Origin: an uncultured Bacillota bacterium
Lineage (GTDB): Bacteria > Bacillota > DTU025 > MWDF01
Direction: 5' to 3'
Length of the DNA: 64,000 bases
Assembly: GCA_963823655.1 (NCBI GenBank)
Contig: CAWGMK010000007.1
Location: 192,001 to 256,000 of the forward strand
Part shown: positions 1-11,250 of the stretch, piece after piece
Position numbering within the stretch: position 1 is the stretch's first letter
Layout of the letters: every line of letters begins with the position of its first letter
Notes under the pieces: model-generated
The model's database searches: none
What the model was told of the DNA's origin: nothing
Seen by the model: the letters and a program-made list of their open reading frames with translations, nothing else
Position numbers and translations under genes: made by a program

Positions 1-11
1 GGCGGAGCAAA

Positions 12-614
12 ATGAAAAAGACAGCGCTGATGATCATGGCCCTGATATTAATCTCAGCACCCGTCTGCGCATTCACCATGAGGAATGAGCCTTTGGGGTG
101 GCTCGGCTGGCAATGGGGAATGCCGTTAAACGACATCAAGGGCTGGCTATACTACAACGGACAACTGGCCCTGCCATTTGTAGGCGCCACGAACAATGCC
201 ATATACACCAGGCAAGGGCAGGATAATGTTTATTTCGGACACGAATGGCTTGATACTTACTATGTTTTTGAGAAAAGCAAGCTTTGCGCCGTCATGCTGG
301 TAACGGATGATTGCACTGATATAGGCCGGGCCATTTCCTTCTTCGGCCGCAATGTGGGTACTAACGATGCCAAGCAACCGATGTCCTTCTATGGGCCGGG
401 CGGCGCAGAGGTGTTCTCAAGGGTTTCAGAGGAAAGCAGGAGCAAGATATTCTATTACGCAGCGGCGAAGGGCACATACGCCTCCTTCCTGTATATCAGC
501 GGGCCCACCATGTTTCTTAAGCCTGAAGAAGTGCTGACAGCAAAGCATTACGTCATCATAGGGGAAAAGGATTATGTGGATAGGCTGATCGATATGGTGG
601 CAGAAGGCCAGTAG
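12..614 (+). CDS. Hypothetical secreted protein
   Basis: 200-aa ORF with N-terminal signal peptide (MKKTALMIMALILISAPVCA) and a GGAG RBS; no recognisable family. Confidence 0.7.
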   Translation: MKKTALMIMALILISAPVCAFTMRNEPLGWLGWQWGMPLNDIKGWLYYNGQLALPFVGATNNAIYTRQGQDNVYFGHEWLDTYYVFEKSKLCAVMLVTDDCTDIGRAISFFGRNVGTNDAKQPMSFYGPGGAEVFSRVSEESRSKIFYYAAAKGTYASFLYISGPTMFLKPEEVLTAKHYVIIGEKDYVDRLIDMVAEGQ

Positions 615-677
615 ATCTCATGCATGAGCATGCACGCCCGCCGCACTCGCGCATTGACAACTAAGTACTGTCTTCTG

Positions 678-1214
678 CTATAAAGATGCGTTTACATTGT
701 CCAGCCAGGCAGCAATGTCTTTACCTGCGTCATTTACCCTGCTCCCCCGAATTGCCAGCCCCTTTTGCAACTTTGACTTAGGGCACAGCTTAGCGATGTC
801 CTTCTCGCTGCGCCCGAGGCCGCTTCCTTCATGCGTGCAGAACGGCAAGAGAACCTTGTCCGAAAAATCATATCCTTCAAGAAAAGTAAACACAGGCATC
901 GGCATCGTTCCCCACCAGTTAGGATAGCCGAGGAAGATTACATCATAAGATGAGATGCTATCCAAATCGGCGGAAAGCTTTGGCCTTGCATTCGCCCGCA
1001 GCTCGTTCCCGGCTACATCGGTCGCCTCATTGTAGTCCGCCGGGTATGGACTTATGGATTCGATGCGAAAAAGCTCTCCCCCGACTATTCCATGTATCAT
1101 TTCAGCTGCAATCTTGGTATTGCCGACCGGCAAATCCACAATCTTTCCGGCGACATAATTGTTGCCTTCACGCGAGAAGTAAGCGATAAGGCACCTCTTC
1201 TTGAAAATGCCCAT
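678..1214 (-). CDS. Flavodoxin (flavodoxin_4-like)
   Basis: IAYFSREGNN...GNT, IFLGYPNWWGTMP and PFCTHEGSGLG motifs; likely start MGIFKK at 1214. Confidence 0.9.
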   Translation of the reverse strand: MGIFKKRCLIAYFSREGNNYVAGKIVDLPVGNTKIAAEMIHGIVGGELFRIESISPYPADYNEATDVAGNELRANARPKLSADLDSISSYDVIFLGYPNWWGTMPMPVFTFLEGYDFSDKVLLPFCTHEGSGLGRSEKDIAKLCPKSKLQKGLAIRGSRVNDAGKDIAAWLDNVNASL

Positions 1215-1416
1215 TATGTGCACCTCCACTTTCAACCGGGTTTGTCGTCTTCCGCTTATGTTTCAAGAATTTCAAAGGGAATACAACCTTGCCGCTATCC
1301 ATATCCATGATAGAACTTTTGTGGCCAGTTCGCCCGGGCACAGTTCTTAAACCTGCTTGCTTGACTATGACTTCTCACGAGTATAAGAATTCCCTTTTGA
1401 TATTTCGAGAAAGGGA

Positions 1417-1436
1417 TATAATGAATACTAATACAA
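1417..1436 (+). promoter_or_regulatory. -10 element overlapping an ARG-box-like site upstream of proB
   Basis: TATAATGAATACTAATACAA; the same TATAATGAATA core occurs upstream of argG. Confidence 0.5.
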
Positions 1437-1552
1437 TTTGAGGCCATAGATATGAAACATGGCCGGCCTGCGCTAATCCGGCCCCAAGGCGTCTGAACCC
1501 ATGAAGGCACAGCTTTACGGACGAGTCCGCCGACGGCCATGAAGGAGATTAT

Positions 1553-2330
1553 ATGAGGATAGTTATAAAAATCGGGACTTCAACTATAGCACATCCACAG
1601 GGCAGCTCAACATCCGCCGCATGGAGAAGATGTGCAAGGTGCTCTCCGACCTTAAGAACGTCGGCAATGAGATCGTGCTCGTATCCTCTGGCGCCATAGG
1701 CATGGGCGTGGGCAAGCTGCAGATGAAGCAGCGTCCGAAAGACATGCCCACCAAACAGGCGGCCGCTGCGATCGGGCAATGCGAGCTGATGTACACCTAC
1801 GACAAGCTTTTCTCCGAATACCGCCACACCGTGGCCCAGATCCTGCTGACTCGAAGCGACATAGACCAGAAGGACCGCAAGACGAATTTCCAAAACACCA
1901 TCCACCGCCTGTTTGAGCTGGGCGCGATGCCCGATTATAAATGAGAACGATACGGTGGCAACCGAGGAGATATCCATCGGCGACAATGACACCCTTTCTG
2001 CGGTCGTTGCCGCTGCAATAAAGGCGGACCTGCTAATACTTGCTGTCCGATATCGACGGGCTTTACACCGCCGATCCCAAAAAGGACCCTTCTGCGAAGA
2101 TGATAAACAGGGTGGAGGAGATCACCCCGGAGATACTGGCTTTGGCTGACGGCAAGGGCTCGGAGCTTGGAACAGGCGGCATGGCCACGAAGCTGCGCGC
2201 AGCCCAGATCACGACCGAGGCCGGCATAGACATGATCATCGCAAACAGCGAGGACCCCGACATACTTTACGCCATCCTGGACGGCAAAGAGGTGGGCACA
2301 AGGTTCGTCAAAAAGGGGCTGGGCTCATGA
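1553..2330 (+). CDS. proB: Glutamate 5-kinase, short form without PUA domain, split by about 3 frameshifts (probably assembly errors)
   Basis: ATG 1553 after AAGGAG gives [11 protein letters not shown]; later frames give [33 protein letters not shown] and GTGGMATK. Confidence 0.93.
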
Positions 2331-3584
2331 GCACGCAGGAGATAATGAGGCAGGCGAAAACAGCATGGCCAAACCTTGCCAAAGCATCCTCACAGAAGAA
2401 GGATGAGGCGCTCCTTCGCATGGCAGACGCCCTGATTTCGAACGCTGACACGATAATCGCGGCCAACATAGAAGATGTCGAGGCAGCCAAAGGCTCCATT
2501 TCCGAGGTCATGCTGGACAGGCTGAGCCTGAATAAGGCCAGGATCGAAGCTATGGCGGACGGCATCCGGCAGGTGGCCAAGCTGCCCGATCCTGTCGGCA
2601 AGGTGATAAGCAGGATAGAACGACCCAACGGGCTGGTCATAGAAAAGACCAGCGTCCCGATGGGCGTAATCGCCATAATATATGAGAGCAGGCCCAACGT
2701 CAGCTCCGATGCCGCAGCCCTTGCCTTGAAGTCGGGCAATGCGTGCATACTTAGAAGCGGCAAGGAGGCCTTCCGTTCCGCAAATGCCATCGTACTTGCG
2801 ATGCAAGAGGGGCTTGCGGAAGCAGGATTGGACAAAAAACTGGTACAGCTGGTGCAGGACACCTCCAGGCAGAGCGCGCGCGACCTGATGACGGGAGTGG
2901 GCTTTATCGACCTGCTCATCCCCCGCGGCGGGGCGGAGCTCATCCGCGCCTGCATAGAGGGGGCGAAAGTCCCCTGCATCCAGACGGGCACCGGCATCTG
3001 CCACATATATGTAGACTCCGAGGCCGATTTGGAGATGGCTTGCAGGATCATAGAAAATGCCAAGGCGAGCCGCCCTTCGGTGTGCAATGCGGCAGAAGTA
3101 TGCCTTAGTCCATAAGGATATCGCAGAAACCTTCCTGCCCAGGCTGCAAAAGCAGCTCGTCTCAGAACGCAGGCAAAGAGGGCAAAAAGAGATCGAACTG
3201 AGGCTGGATGAGAAGGCGCAGAAGATAATAGCAGGTGTATCCGCCGGCCCGACGGATTTCGATACAGAGTTTCTGGATTACATCCTCGCCGTGAAAATCG
3301 TAGGCGGGGTTGAGGAAGCCATCGACCATATCGCCCTGCACTCCACAGGGCACAGCGAGGCCATCATAACGGAAAACAGCGCGACCGCGAAGCAATTCAC
3401 CCTATCGGTGGACAGCGCGGCCGTTTACGTTAACGCCTCGACCAGGTTCACAGACGGCGGGGAGTTCGGCCTGGGTTGCGAAATGGGCATATCCACACAG
3501 AAACTGCACGCTCGCGGACCCATCGGGCTTGAGGAACTGACGACATACAAATATATAATCCACGGCAACGGCCAGATTAGATGA
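2327..3584 (+). CDS. proA: Glutamate-5-semialdehyde dehydrogenase, one frameshift near 3105
   Basis: [13 protein letters not shown] and [10 protein letters not shown] in the first frame; [24 protein letters not shown] and [10 protein letters not shown] in the second. Confidence 0.95.
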
Positions 3585-3592
3585 GGTGCATC

Positions 3593-4402
3593 ATGATTGA
3601 CAGGAAGACCGGCTTCATTGGAACGGGCAATATGGGCAGCGCTTTGGTCAAAGCGGCGGCAAAAGCCATCGGAAAGGCAGACCTGCTGATAAGCGACCGT
3701 ACTGCCTCAAAGGCGGAGGCCCTGGCAGCGGAGGCCGGAGCTACTGTTTCCAGCAACAATGCGATTGCTTCAAGCTGCGGTACGATATTCCTCGGAGTTA
3801 AGCCTCAGATGATGTCGGAGATGCTTGGCGAAATTGCCCCTGCCTTGAAATCGAGGACGGACGATTTTGTGCTGGTTTCCATGGCGGCTGGAGTCACCAT
3901 CGAGCGCATACGCTCTATGGCAGGAGGCGACTACCCCGTAATCCGCATAATGCCCAACCTCGCAGTTACGGTGGGCGAGAGCATGATACTCTACTCCGTG
4001 AGCGAAAATGTCCCGGCGGACGGGGTAGCGGGCTTTCGCGATATGCTTCGATTTGCCGGAGCCTTCGACGAGCTTCCTGAAAGCCTGATGGATGTAGGGT
4101 GCGCCATATCGGGCTGCGGCCCTGCATTTGTATTCATGTTCATTGAGGCCCTCTCCGACGGAGCCGTTGGATGCGGCCTGCCGCGCGAAAAGGCCATGAA
4201 ATATGCGGCACAGACGCTATATGGCGCATCCAAGCTTATGCTTGTAAGCGGCAAACATCCTGCCGAGCTTAAGGACCAGGTCGCAAACCCGGGCGGCGCC
4301 ACAATAGTGGGAATCCATGCGCTTGAGAACCGCGGCTTCAGGGCCGCCGCCATAGAAGCTATAAATTCTGCATACCAGAAGACGATAAAACTGGGCAAAT
4401 AG
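3593..4402 (+). CDS. proC: Pyrroline-5-carboxylate reductase
   Basis: GFIGTGNMG, VKPQ, RIMPN, SGCGPAF and PGGATI motifs. Confidence 0.95.
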   Translation: MIDRKTGFIGTGNMGSALVKAAAKAIGKADLLISDRTASKAEALAAEAGATVSSNNAIASSCGTIFLGVKPQMMSEMLGEIAPALKSRTDDFVLVSMAAGVTIERIRSMAGGDYPVIRIMPNLAVTVGESMILYSVSENVPADGVAGFRDMLRFAGAFDELPESLMDVGCAISGCGPAFVFMFIEALSDGAVGCGLPREKAMKYAAQTLYGASKLMLVSGKHPAELKDQVANPGGATIVGIHALENRGFRAAAIEAINSAYQKTIKLGK

Positions 4403-4421
4403 CCAACAATACCGCGCATTT

Positions 4422-4467
4422 GGCAGGCAAGCGGATTTTGCTTATGAATCCGCTTGCCTGCCTTTTT
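4422..4467 (+). terminator. Rho-independent terminator after proC
   Basis: GGCAGGCAAGCGGATT...AATCCGCTTGCCTGCC hairpin followed by a T run. Confidence 0.85.
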
Positions 4468-4523
4468 GCATTCACAAAATCGCGTTACCTCTTATCAGTG
4501 CGATAACCTAACTTCCGTTTGAC

Positions 4524-4563
4524 TATAATGAATAAATATACTAATATAGATGAATAACTACAC
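4524..4563 (+). promoter_or_regulatory. argG promoter with tandem ARG-box-like sites
   Basis: TATAATGAATAAATATAC and ATGAATAACTACAC resemble ArgR/AhrC operators (TGAATAAnnATTCA). Confidence 0.65.
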
Positions 4564-4585
4564 AAATTCCTTGGAGGGTATTCCT

Positions 4586-5806
<1,221 letters not shown>

Positions 5807-5824
5807 ATTCTTGCGAGGTAAAAC

Positions 5825-7207
5825 ATGGGCAAGATTTGGGCTGGCAGGCTTGCAGGCGATCTGGATGAGAGGGCGGATGATTTCAACTCCTCGATTAGCT
5901 TTGACGGCCTGCTCTACAGGCACGACATAGAGGGCTCGATCGCGCATGCCAAGATGCTTGCCGCGAAGGGCATAATCGGCGAAGACGACGCAAAAGCCAT
6001 CACCGAGGCCCTTGCCGGCATACTCGAAGAGCTGGAAGACGGCAGGCTTGAGCTGGATATGGGCTGCGAGGACATCCATACATTCGTAGAGCAGGTGCTG
6101 ACTGAGCGCATCGGGGAAGCGGGCAAGAAGCTCCATACGGCAAGGAGCCGCAACGACCAGGTGGCGCTCGATATGCGCATGTATCTGAGGGATGAGGCCC
6201 AAGAGGTCATCGTTCTCATCAAAGACCTGCTGGGCGCAATCGTCGGCAAAGCGGAAGCACATAAGACGTCCATAATGCCGGGCTACACCCACCTGCAGCG
6301 TGCGCAGCCGATTACTTTCGGGCATCATCTTCTGGCCTATGCTATGATGCTGATTCGCGACATCGACAGGCTGGAGGACGCTATCGCCCGTATGAACGTT
6401 TCGCCAATAGGCTGCTGCGCCCTGGCGGGCACCACCTACGATATAGACCGCGATATGGAGGCGAAGCTGCTGGGCTTCGACGGCATCGCGCAAAACAGCT
6501 TGGACGGAGTGTCCGACAGGGACTTCTGCATAGAGCTTCAGGGCGCTTTCGCAATCATAATGATGCATCTCTCGCGCTTTGCGGAGGAGTTGATCCTCTG
6601 GTCATCTTTCGAGTTCAGATTCGTTGAATTGGACGCCGGCTATACGACGGGCTCATCCATCATGCCGCAGAAGAAGAACCCCGATGTGGCGGAGCTAGTC
6701 CGCGGCAAGACGGGCAGGGTCTATGGGAATCTGATGGCTACGCTTACTATGATGAAGGGGCTCCCCCTTGCCTATAACAAGGATATGCAGGAGGACAAGG
6801 AGGCAATAATCGACAGCCTGGGGACCGTGAAGAAAAGCCTTGGAGTCTTCGCCCCGATGATAGCCACGATGCATGTAAATACCGACAGCATGATGAAAGC
6901 GGCCCAGACTGGTTTCATGAATGCGACCGACCTTGCCGACTACCTGGTGAAAAAGGGAATGCCGTTTCGCAGCGCCTATAAGATAGCCGGGCAGGTCGTG
7001 GCTAAATGCATATCCGAGGACAAAATCCTCGAGACATTGGCCCTTGAGGAATACAAGCATTTCAGCGAGCTGTTCGATGCCGGCCTTTATGATGAGATCG
7101 ACCTTAAAGCATGCGTAGAGAAGCGTATATCGAAGGGCGGCACTTCAAAGCAATCGGTTGAGGCACAGATAGAATTCGTCAAGGAATTCCTGAAAGAACG
7201 AGTATAG
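5825..7207 (+). CDS. argH: Argininosuccinate lyase
   Basis: HTARSRNDQV, PGYTHLQRAQP, GSSIMPQKKNPD and AYNKDMQEDKE. Confidence 0.98.
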   Translation: MGKIWAGRLAGDLDERADDFNSSISFDGLLYRHDIEGSIAHAKMLAAKGIIGEDDAKAITEALAGILEELEDGRLELDMGCEDIHTFVEQVLTERIGEAGKKLHTARSRNDQVALDMRMYLRDEAQEVIVLIKDLLGAIVGKAEAHKTSIMPGYTHLQRAQPITFGHHLLAYAMMLIRDIDRLEDAIARMNVSPIGCCALAGTTYDIDRDMEAKLLGFDGIAQNSLDGVSDRDFCIELQGAFAIIMMHLSRFAEELILWSSFEFRFVELDAGYTTGSSIMPQKKNPDVAELVRGKTGRVYGNLMATLTMMKGLPLAYNKDMQEDKEAIIDSLGTVKKSLGVFAPMIATMHVNTDSMMKAAQTGFMNATDLADYLVKKGMPFRSAYKIAGQVVAKCISEDKILETLALEEYKHFSELFDAGLYDEIDLKACVEKRISKGGTSKQSVEAQIEFVKEFLKERV

Positions 7208-7445
7208 AAATTGGCCTGCTATCAGGGTTCTTCGGAGACATTCGGCTTCAGGCCGGCATTACTTGTTTAGTTCCGCCGATGTATTCGTGAATTCGCCAGA
7301 AATGATGAACAGGGGGCATGTAAGATATGCTCCCTGTTCGTTAATTCCTAGCTATATTTCCTAGAATCTCTGGTTCTATGGGCCTTAGACCAATCTGTCG
7401 ATAGAAATGCGCAATTACACCGGTTAGTAAGTCTTTGCTTCTACA

Positions 7446-8129
7446 TTACCTGGCCATTATATTATTGCCCTTGTAATCGACCTGGATGCTTTCTATCTCG
7501 ACGTAATTTTCAAACCCTTCGAAATCGGGTTCGACCAGGATGTTCGGGCAGAACCAGTCCGAATCATAATATGTCAGCTCAAGCTCCTGAATCAGAGTCG
7601 AATTGATGGTGATAGAAACGTCATTGCCATTCTTTACAATTACCATCGTGTTGGCCCCGGTTCGGTTCAGTCCCGGCACAAGGCCTGTGGAGTTCATATG
7701 AACCACCATGCTCGGAAAATCATCATGGTCTGTTATCGTAATCCTCTCTTCTGTTGACGGATCAGCTGCGATGTTGTCAAACTCGATCGCGAAGTGATTA
7801 CTGCCGGGGCCGAATCCCTTTTCGAATACGCCATCGGCAAGTATAAAAGAGAAGAATGCCGTATGGCTGCTGTCCAGGTTCAGATTGAATGCTATCGTGA
7901 CGGTGAAATCGCCGGAGAACATATTCGGACAGGCGATCACCATATCATGCAACCTGACGCCGCTATCGACGAAATCGTGCCCTACTCCCTCGAAGTACCA
8001 TTCATCAACCCCCTCGCCGAAGTCGCCCTCAAGCTCGAAGCTATAGACATACTCCAGCGTTTTGCAGCCGCATGTCAGCGCCAATGCCATTGCAAACATG
8101 ATTACCAGAACCATCCTGAACGATCTCAT
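7446..8129 (-). CDS. Acidic lipoprotein, paralogue of 8381-9034
   Basis: Start MRSFRM at 8129 after a G-rich RBS; lipobox-like LTCGC; aligns by eye with the neighbouring gene. Confidence 0.75.
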   Translation of the reverse strand: MRSFRMVLVIMFAMALALTCGCKTLEYVYSFELEGDFGEGVDEWYFEGVGHDFVDSGVRLHDMVIACPNMFSGDFTVTIAFNLNLDSSHTAFFSFILADGVFEKGFGPGSNHFAIEFDNIAADPSTEERITITDHDDFPSMVVHMNSTGLVPGLNRTGANTMVIVKNGNDVSITINSTLIQELELTYYDSDWFCPNILVEPDFEGFENYVEIESIQVDYKGNNIMAR

Positions 8130-8330
8130 CAGTCCACCCCCCCTTTTAGTGGATATGCTTTCCGCATTGCACGAATTACTCCTGCAGCAGTTGAAAAAAT
8201 GGATGCGCAGAAAAAAGAAGGGCAAATATGTCAGGTTATCCCGAAGGAAGCCAAGCTCGCTTTTTCGGCGTATATTGCGCAGAGGAAGACCCAAAAAGTA
8301 TCGCAAATCTAGACCAGAGACTTAAACAAA

Positions 8331-8357
8331 ATGGGGAGGGGTTAATGCCCTCCCCAT
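8331..8357 (-). terminator. Terminator between the two lipoprotein genes
   Basis: ATGGGGAGGG/CCCTCCCCAT hairpin with an adjacent T tract on the minus strand. Confidence 0.7.
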
Positions 8358-8380
8358 CTATGAGCTGTGTTTTGTTACAG

Positions 8381-9034
8381 CTAAATCGAATTGCCCTTCT
8401 CATACTTCACTTTGACGCTACTCAGATAGAAGCCGGCATCGGCAGTGAAGCCCGTGTGGCGCACATACAGGTAGGGCCTGTAGTATTCGGCCAGATTTCC
8501 GCCGTCGATGTTGAAATTCCCGGTGCTAAACCCATTGATCAGCACATTTATTGCGTTGCCAGTCCTTCTTATCGTGAACTCATTAACGCCATCCTCCATG
8601 CCGTCCGGGCCCCAGGACCTGTCATCCCAGATATTCGGATTTGCACCTTGCCCAACGCTGTGCCTTGCGGTAAGAAGGTCGAAGTACTCTGTAACAATGC
8701 CTGCATGGTGGCCTATGGAGCTGGCATTGCCGTCTACTATAAAGAATGTGAAGTCCACATAATCCGTATCCGTTACGGGAAGCTCTATTTCGAATTCGAA
8801 AGTGCATTCGAAATCGCCTTTGAACGAAATGGGAGCAGCCATGGCCATATCGTCGATTAGAAGGCCTTTATCCGAGAAGCTGTAATCCGAACCCTCCGTG
8901 CCCCAGATGCCTTCTTCATCAAGGAATGTTTGTTCATCGGCAAAATCATGGGAATAGGTAACTTTACAGCCTGTTAAAAGGGCAACCAGCATGATGATAA
9001 TGACCAGGATAGTGCCTTTTACTATTGCGCGCAT
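8381..9034 (-). CDS. Acidic lipoprotein, beta-sandwich-like
   Basis: Lipobox LLTGC; GGAGG RBS; beta-strand-rich sequence. Confidence 0.8.
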   Translation of the reverse strand: MRAIVKGTILVIIIMLVALLTGCKVTYSHDFADEQTFLDEEGIWGTEGSDYSFSDKGLLIDDMAMAAPISFKGDFECTFEFEIELPVTDTDYVDFTFFIVDGNASSIGHHAGIVTEYFDLLTARHSVGQGANPNIWDDRSWGPDGMEDGVNEFTIRRTGNAINVLINGFSTGNFNIDGGNLAEYYRPYLYVRHTGFTADAGFYLSSVKVKYEKGNSI

Positions 9035-9152
9035 AGTTTTTCCTCCTTCGAATTTCGCCTGAAGCCATACTTATACTTAGTCATATAGGCCCCTAATCCT
9101 GCATAGATGCAAGAAAATCCAAATCGTTCAGCTTGGATTCCAGTACCAGACA

Positions 9153-9893
9153 TCAGCCCTTCCTTGCGTACAGGCATAGCCTTCCTTTTTTGCCGCATGC
9201 ATCGATTACTTTCAGGAAACTTAGGACATTCAAAGCTGTTTGGGCATGCTTGCGGCTTATTGCAGCGCTTTTAGCGAAGTCGGCGCTGGTGAAAACCGAA
9301 GGCAGGTTCTCCGGCACAAGCGAGGAGTAGTCTTCGGGACCGCTTATTAAAAGCTCCTGCTCGAGGCCGAGAGGCAGGCGGTCGCATCTGCTGGAGCCCT
9401 TCTTCCTGTCATCGCTCCAGCCGTTCAGAAGCCTGTACTCCTCCATGTCGACCAGCATGATGAGCAAGGACAGGTTCGGGTGCGCAAGCAAGGGCTTGAT
9501 ACGATAAAGCTCGTAGAAAGCATCGTAGATGTTGCCGTGCTTCGGCGAGAGGCGAGGCTTCGAAACCTGCCCATCTGCAGGATCGATCCAAAGCAGCCAT
9601 TTTCTAGCGGGCAAAGGATAGACTATTGTTACCTTGTGTCCGGGCAGGAAGGCCCCAAGCTTGGCGCGGAGCTTATTGAACTGCCGTGTCTGGATTTCGA
9701 AGATGTGATCGCCGGAGAGTATATCGGCGAAAAAGGAGCCCAACTTTATCTCATGCTTTGCTAAATCCGGTTCCAAATAGAGCTTGATGGTGGCATGCAG
9801 GGCCTTTTCGCCGAGCGTGCCGATGCCGTTTGCGGCAGGGTTTCCTTCAATGAAAGCAAGGCGCGCAGATTCGAACCGGGCTTTATCCATCAT
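9153..9893 (-). CDS. Conserved hypothetical protein, PD-(D/E)XK nuclease-like
   Basis: EKALH...ADIL...IFEIQT pattern; possible HTH at the C-terminus. Confidence 0.6.
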   Translation of the reverse strand: MMDKARFESARLAFIEGNPAANGIGTLGEKALHATIKLYLEPDLAKHEIKLGSFFADILSGDHIFEIQTRQFNKLRAKLGAFLPGHKVTIVYPLPARKWLLWIDPADGQVSKPRLSPKHGNIYDAFYELYRIKPLLAHPNLSLLIMLVDMEEYRLLNGWSDDRKKGSSRCDRLPLGLEQELLISGPEDYSSLVPENLPSVFTSADFAKSAAISRKHAQTALNVLSFLKVIDACGKKGRLCLYARKG

Positions 9894-10162
9894 TAAGGTA
9901 CCTCTTCGTAAGACTTGGATAATGAAAACGACGCCTGGTTACATTGATAGCATACCGCTTGTCCGAATTAGATAGGAGAGGGCTTATCATTCGAAAGGCT
10001 TGATCTTTCGCATGGCTATGACATCAAATGAAATGATAAATGAGAGTGAAATCTGCTGTCTTCCTCACTATGGGAGCTCATCCAAAATTACTTTAAGAAA
10101 TGTCGGCTTTTAAGTTATCATCATTAGTATGACGGATAGGGCCACTCGTTGGAGGTGATTGT

Positions 10163-11011
10163 ATGCCTAACATTCAAGCCTCAGCGCAGATTCTCCGCGA
10201 ATATGAGAATCTGAAGCCGGTAGGAAAAAGGCTTGCCAATTACATCATGGATAACGAAAGGGAAGTCATACACCTTTCAATTACGGAGCTTGCCGAGAGG
10301 GCCGACGTGAGCGAGACTACAGTGATAAGATTCTGCAGGCAATTGGGGTATGAGGGCTATCAGGACTTTAAAATCAGGACAGCCCAGGGGATGGTACCGG
10401 AACTGAGCAATATACATGAGGATCTTTCCGAAGGCGACAGCCCGAGATCTGTATTGAAGAAGGTGTTCGCATCCTCCATAAGCGCGATCGAGGATACACT
10501 TCAAATCATTGACGAGGTGGCCTTCGACAAGGCGGCAACAGCCATCGCAAATGCAACGAGGATAGTATTTTCGGGCGAAGGCGGGTCGGGTATCATCGCG
10601 AAAGATGCGGAGCACAAATTCATAAGGCTCGGAATTCCGACATGCTCCAACCTGGATCCCTATATGAGGCTTGCAGCCGCGACTTTGATGAAACCGTCTG
10701 AAGTAATGTTAAGCATCTCACACAGCGGAAGCACTAAGAACATCGTTGAGGCATTATCGCTGGCAAAGAAAAGCGGAGCGACAACAATCTGTATCACGCA
10801 ATATCAAAAGTCACCAATCACAAAAGTCGCCGACATAGTGCTGACAGTATTCTCAAAAGAGGTAGAGTACAGAAGCGAAGCCATGGGCTCGAGAATTGCC
10901 CAGCTTTGTGTAATTGACAGCTTGTATGTAGAAGTTGCAAAGAGGCTTAGGGAGAAATCATGGGACACGATTAAAAAGGTCCGTGAAGCACAAGTTACTC
11001 TTAGGTATTAA
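10163..11011 (+). CDS. RpiR/MurR-family transcriptional regulator
   Basis: N-terminal HTH (SITELAERADVSETTVIRFCRQLGYEGY) plus SIS domain (ISHSGST, SRIAQL). Confidence 0.95.
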   Translation: MPNIQASAQILREYENLKPVGKRLANYIMDNEREVIHLSITELAERADVSETTVIRFCRQLGYEGYQDFKIRTAQGMVPELSNIHEDLSEGDSPRSVLKKVFASSISAIEDTLQIIDEVAFDKAATAIANATRIVFSGEGGSGIIAKDAEHKFIRLGIPTCSNLDPYMRLAAATLMKPSEVMLSISHSGSTKNIVEALSLAKKSGATTICITQYQKSPITKVADIVLTVFSKEVEYRSEAMGSRIAQLCVIDSLYVEVAKRLREKSWDTIKKVREAQVTLRY

Positions 11012-11125
11012 CGTCGCCTAATTAAATAACAGCTCATATCAATATCGCCCATCTATGCCAATGGAATATGGGTTGTCGGGTGAGCATCCCCTGGTTCTCA
11101 GCCCTGTGTCGAAATACTTTGTGAA

Positions 11126-11216
11126 GAAAAATATATTTCTTTTTTGGTAATTAGGAAGGAATATTTTATTTTTGCGTGTATACTTATATATAAGTTTCGA
11201 TAAATATTGATCGAAA
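11126..11216 (+). promoter_or_regulatory. AT-rich promoter/operator region of the tct-pepM operon
   Basis: Palindromes GAAAAATATATTTC (imperfect), ACTTATATATAAGT (11182-11195) and TTTCGAT..ATCGAAA (11195-11216). Confidence 0.5.
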
Positions 11217-11250
11217 TCATTCTCGATGAAAATAAGGGAGGTAGCAGACC

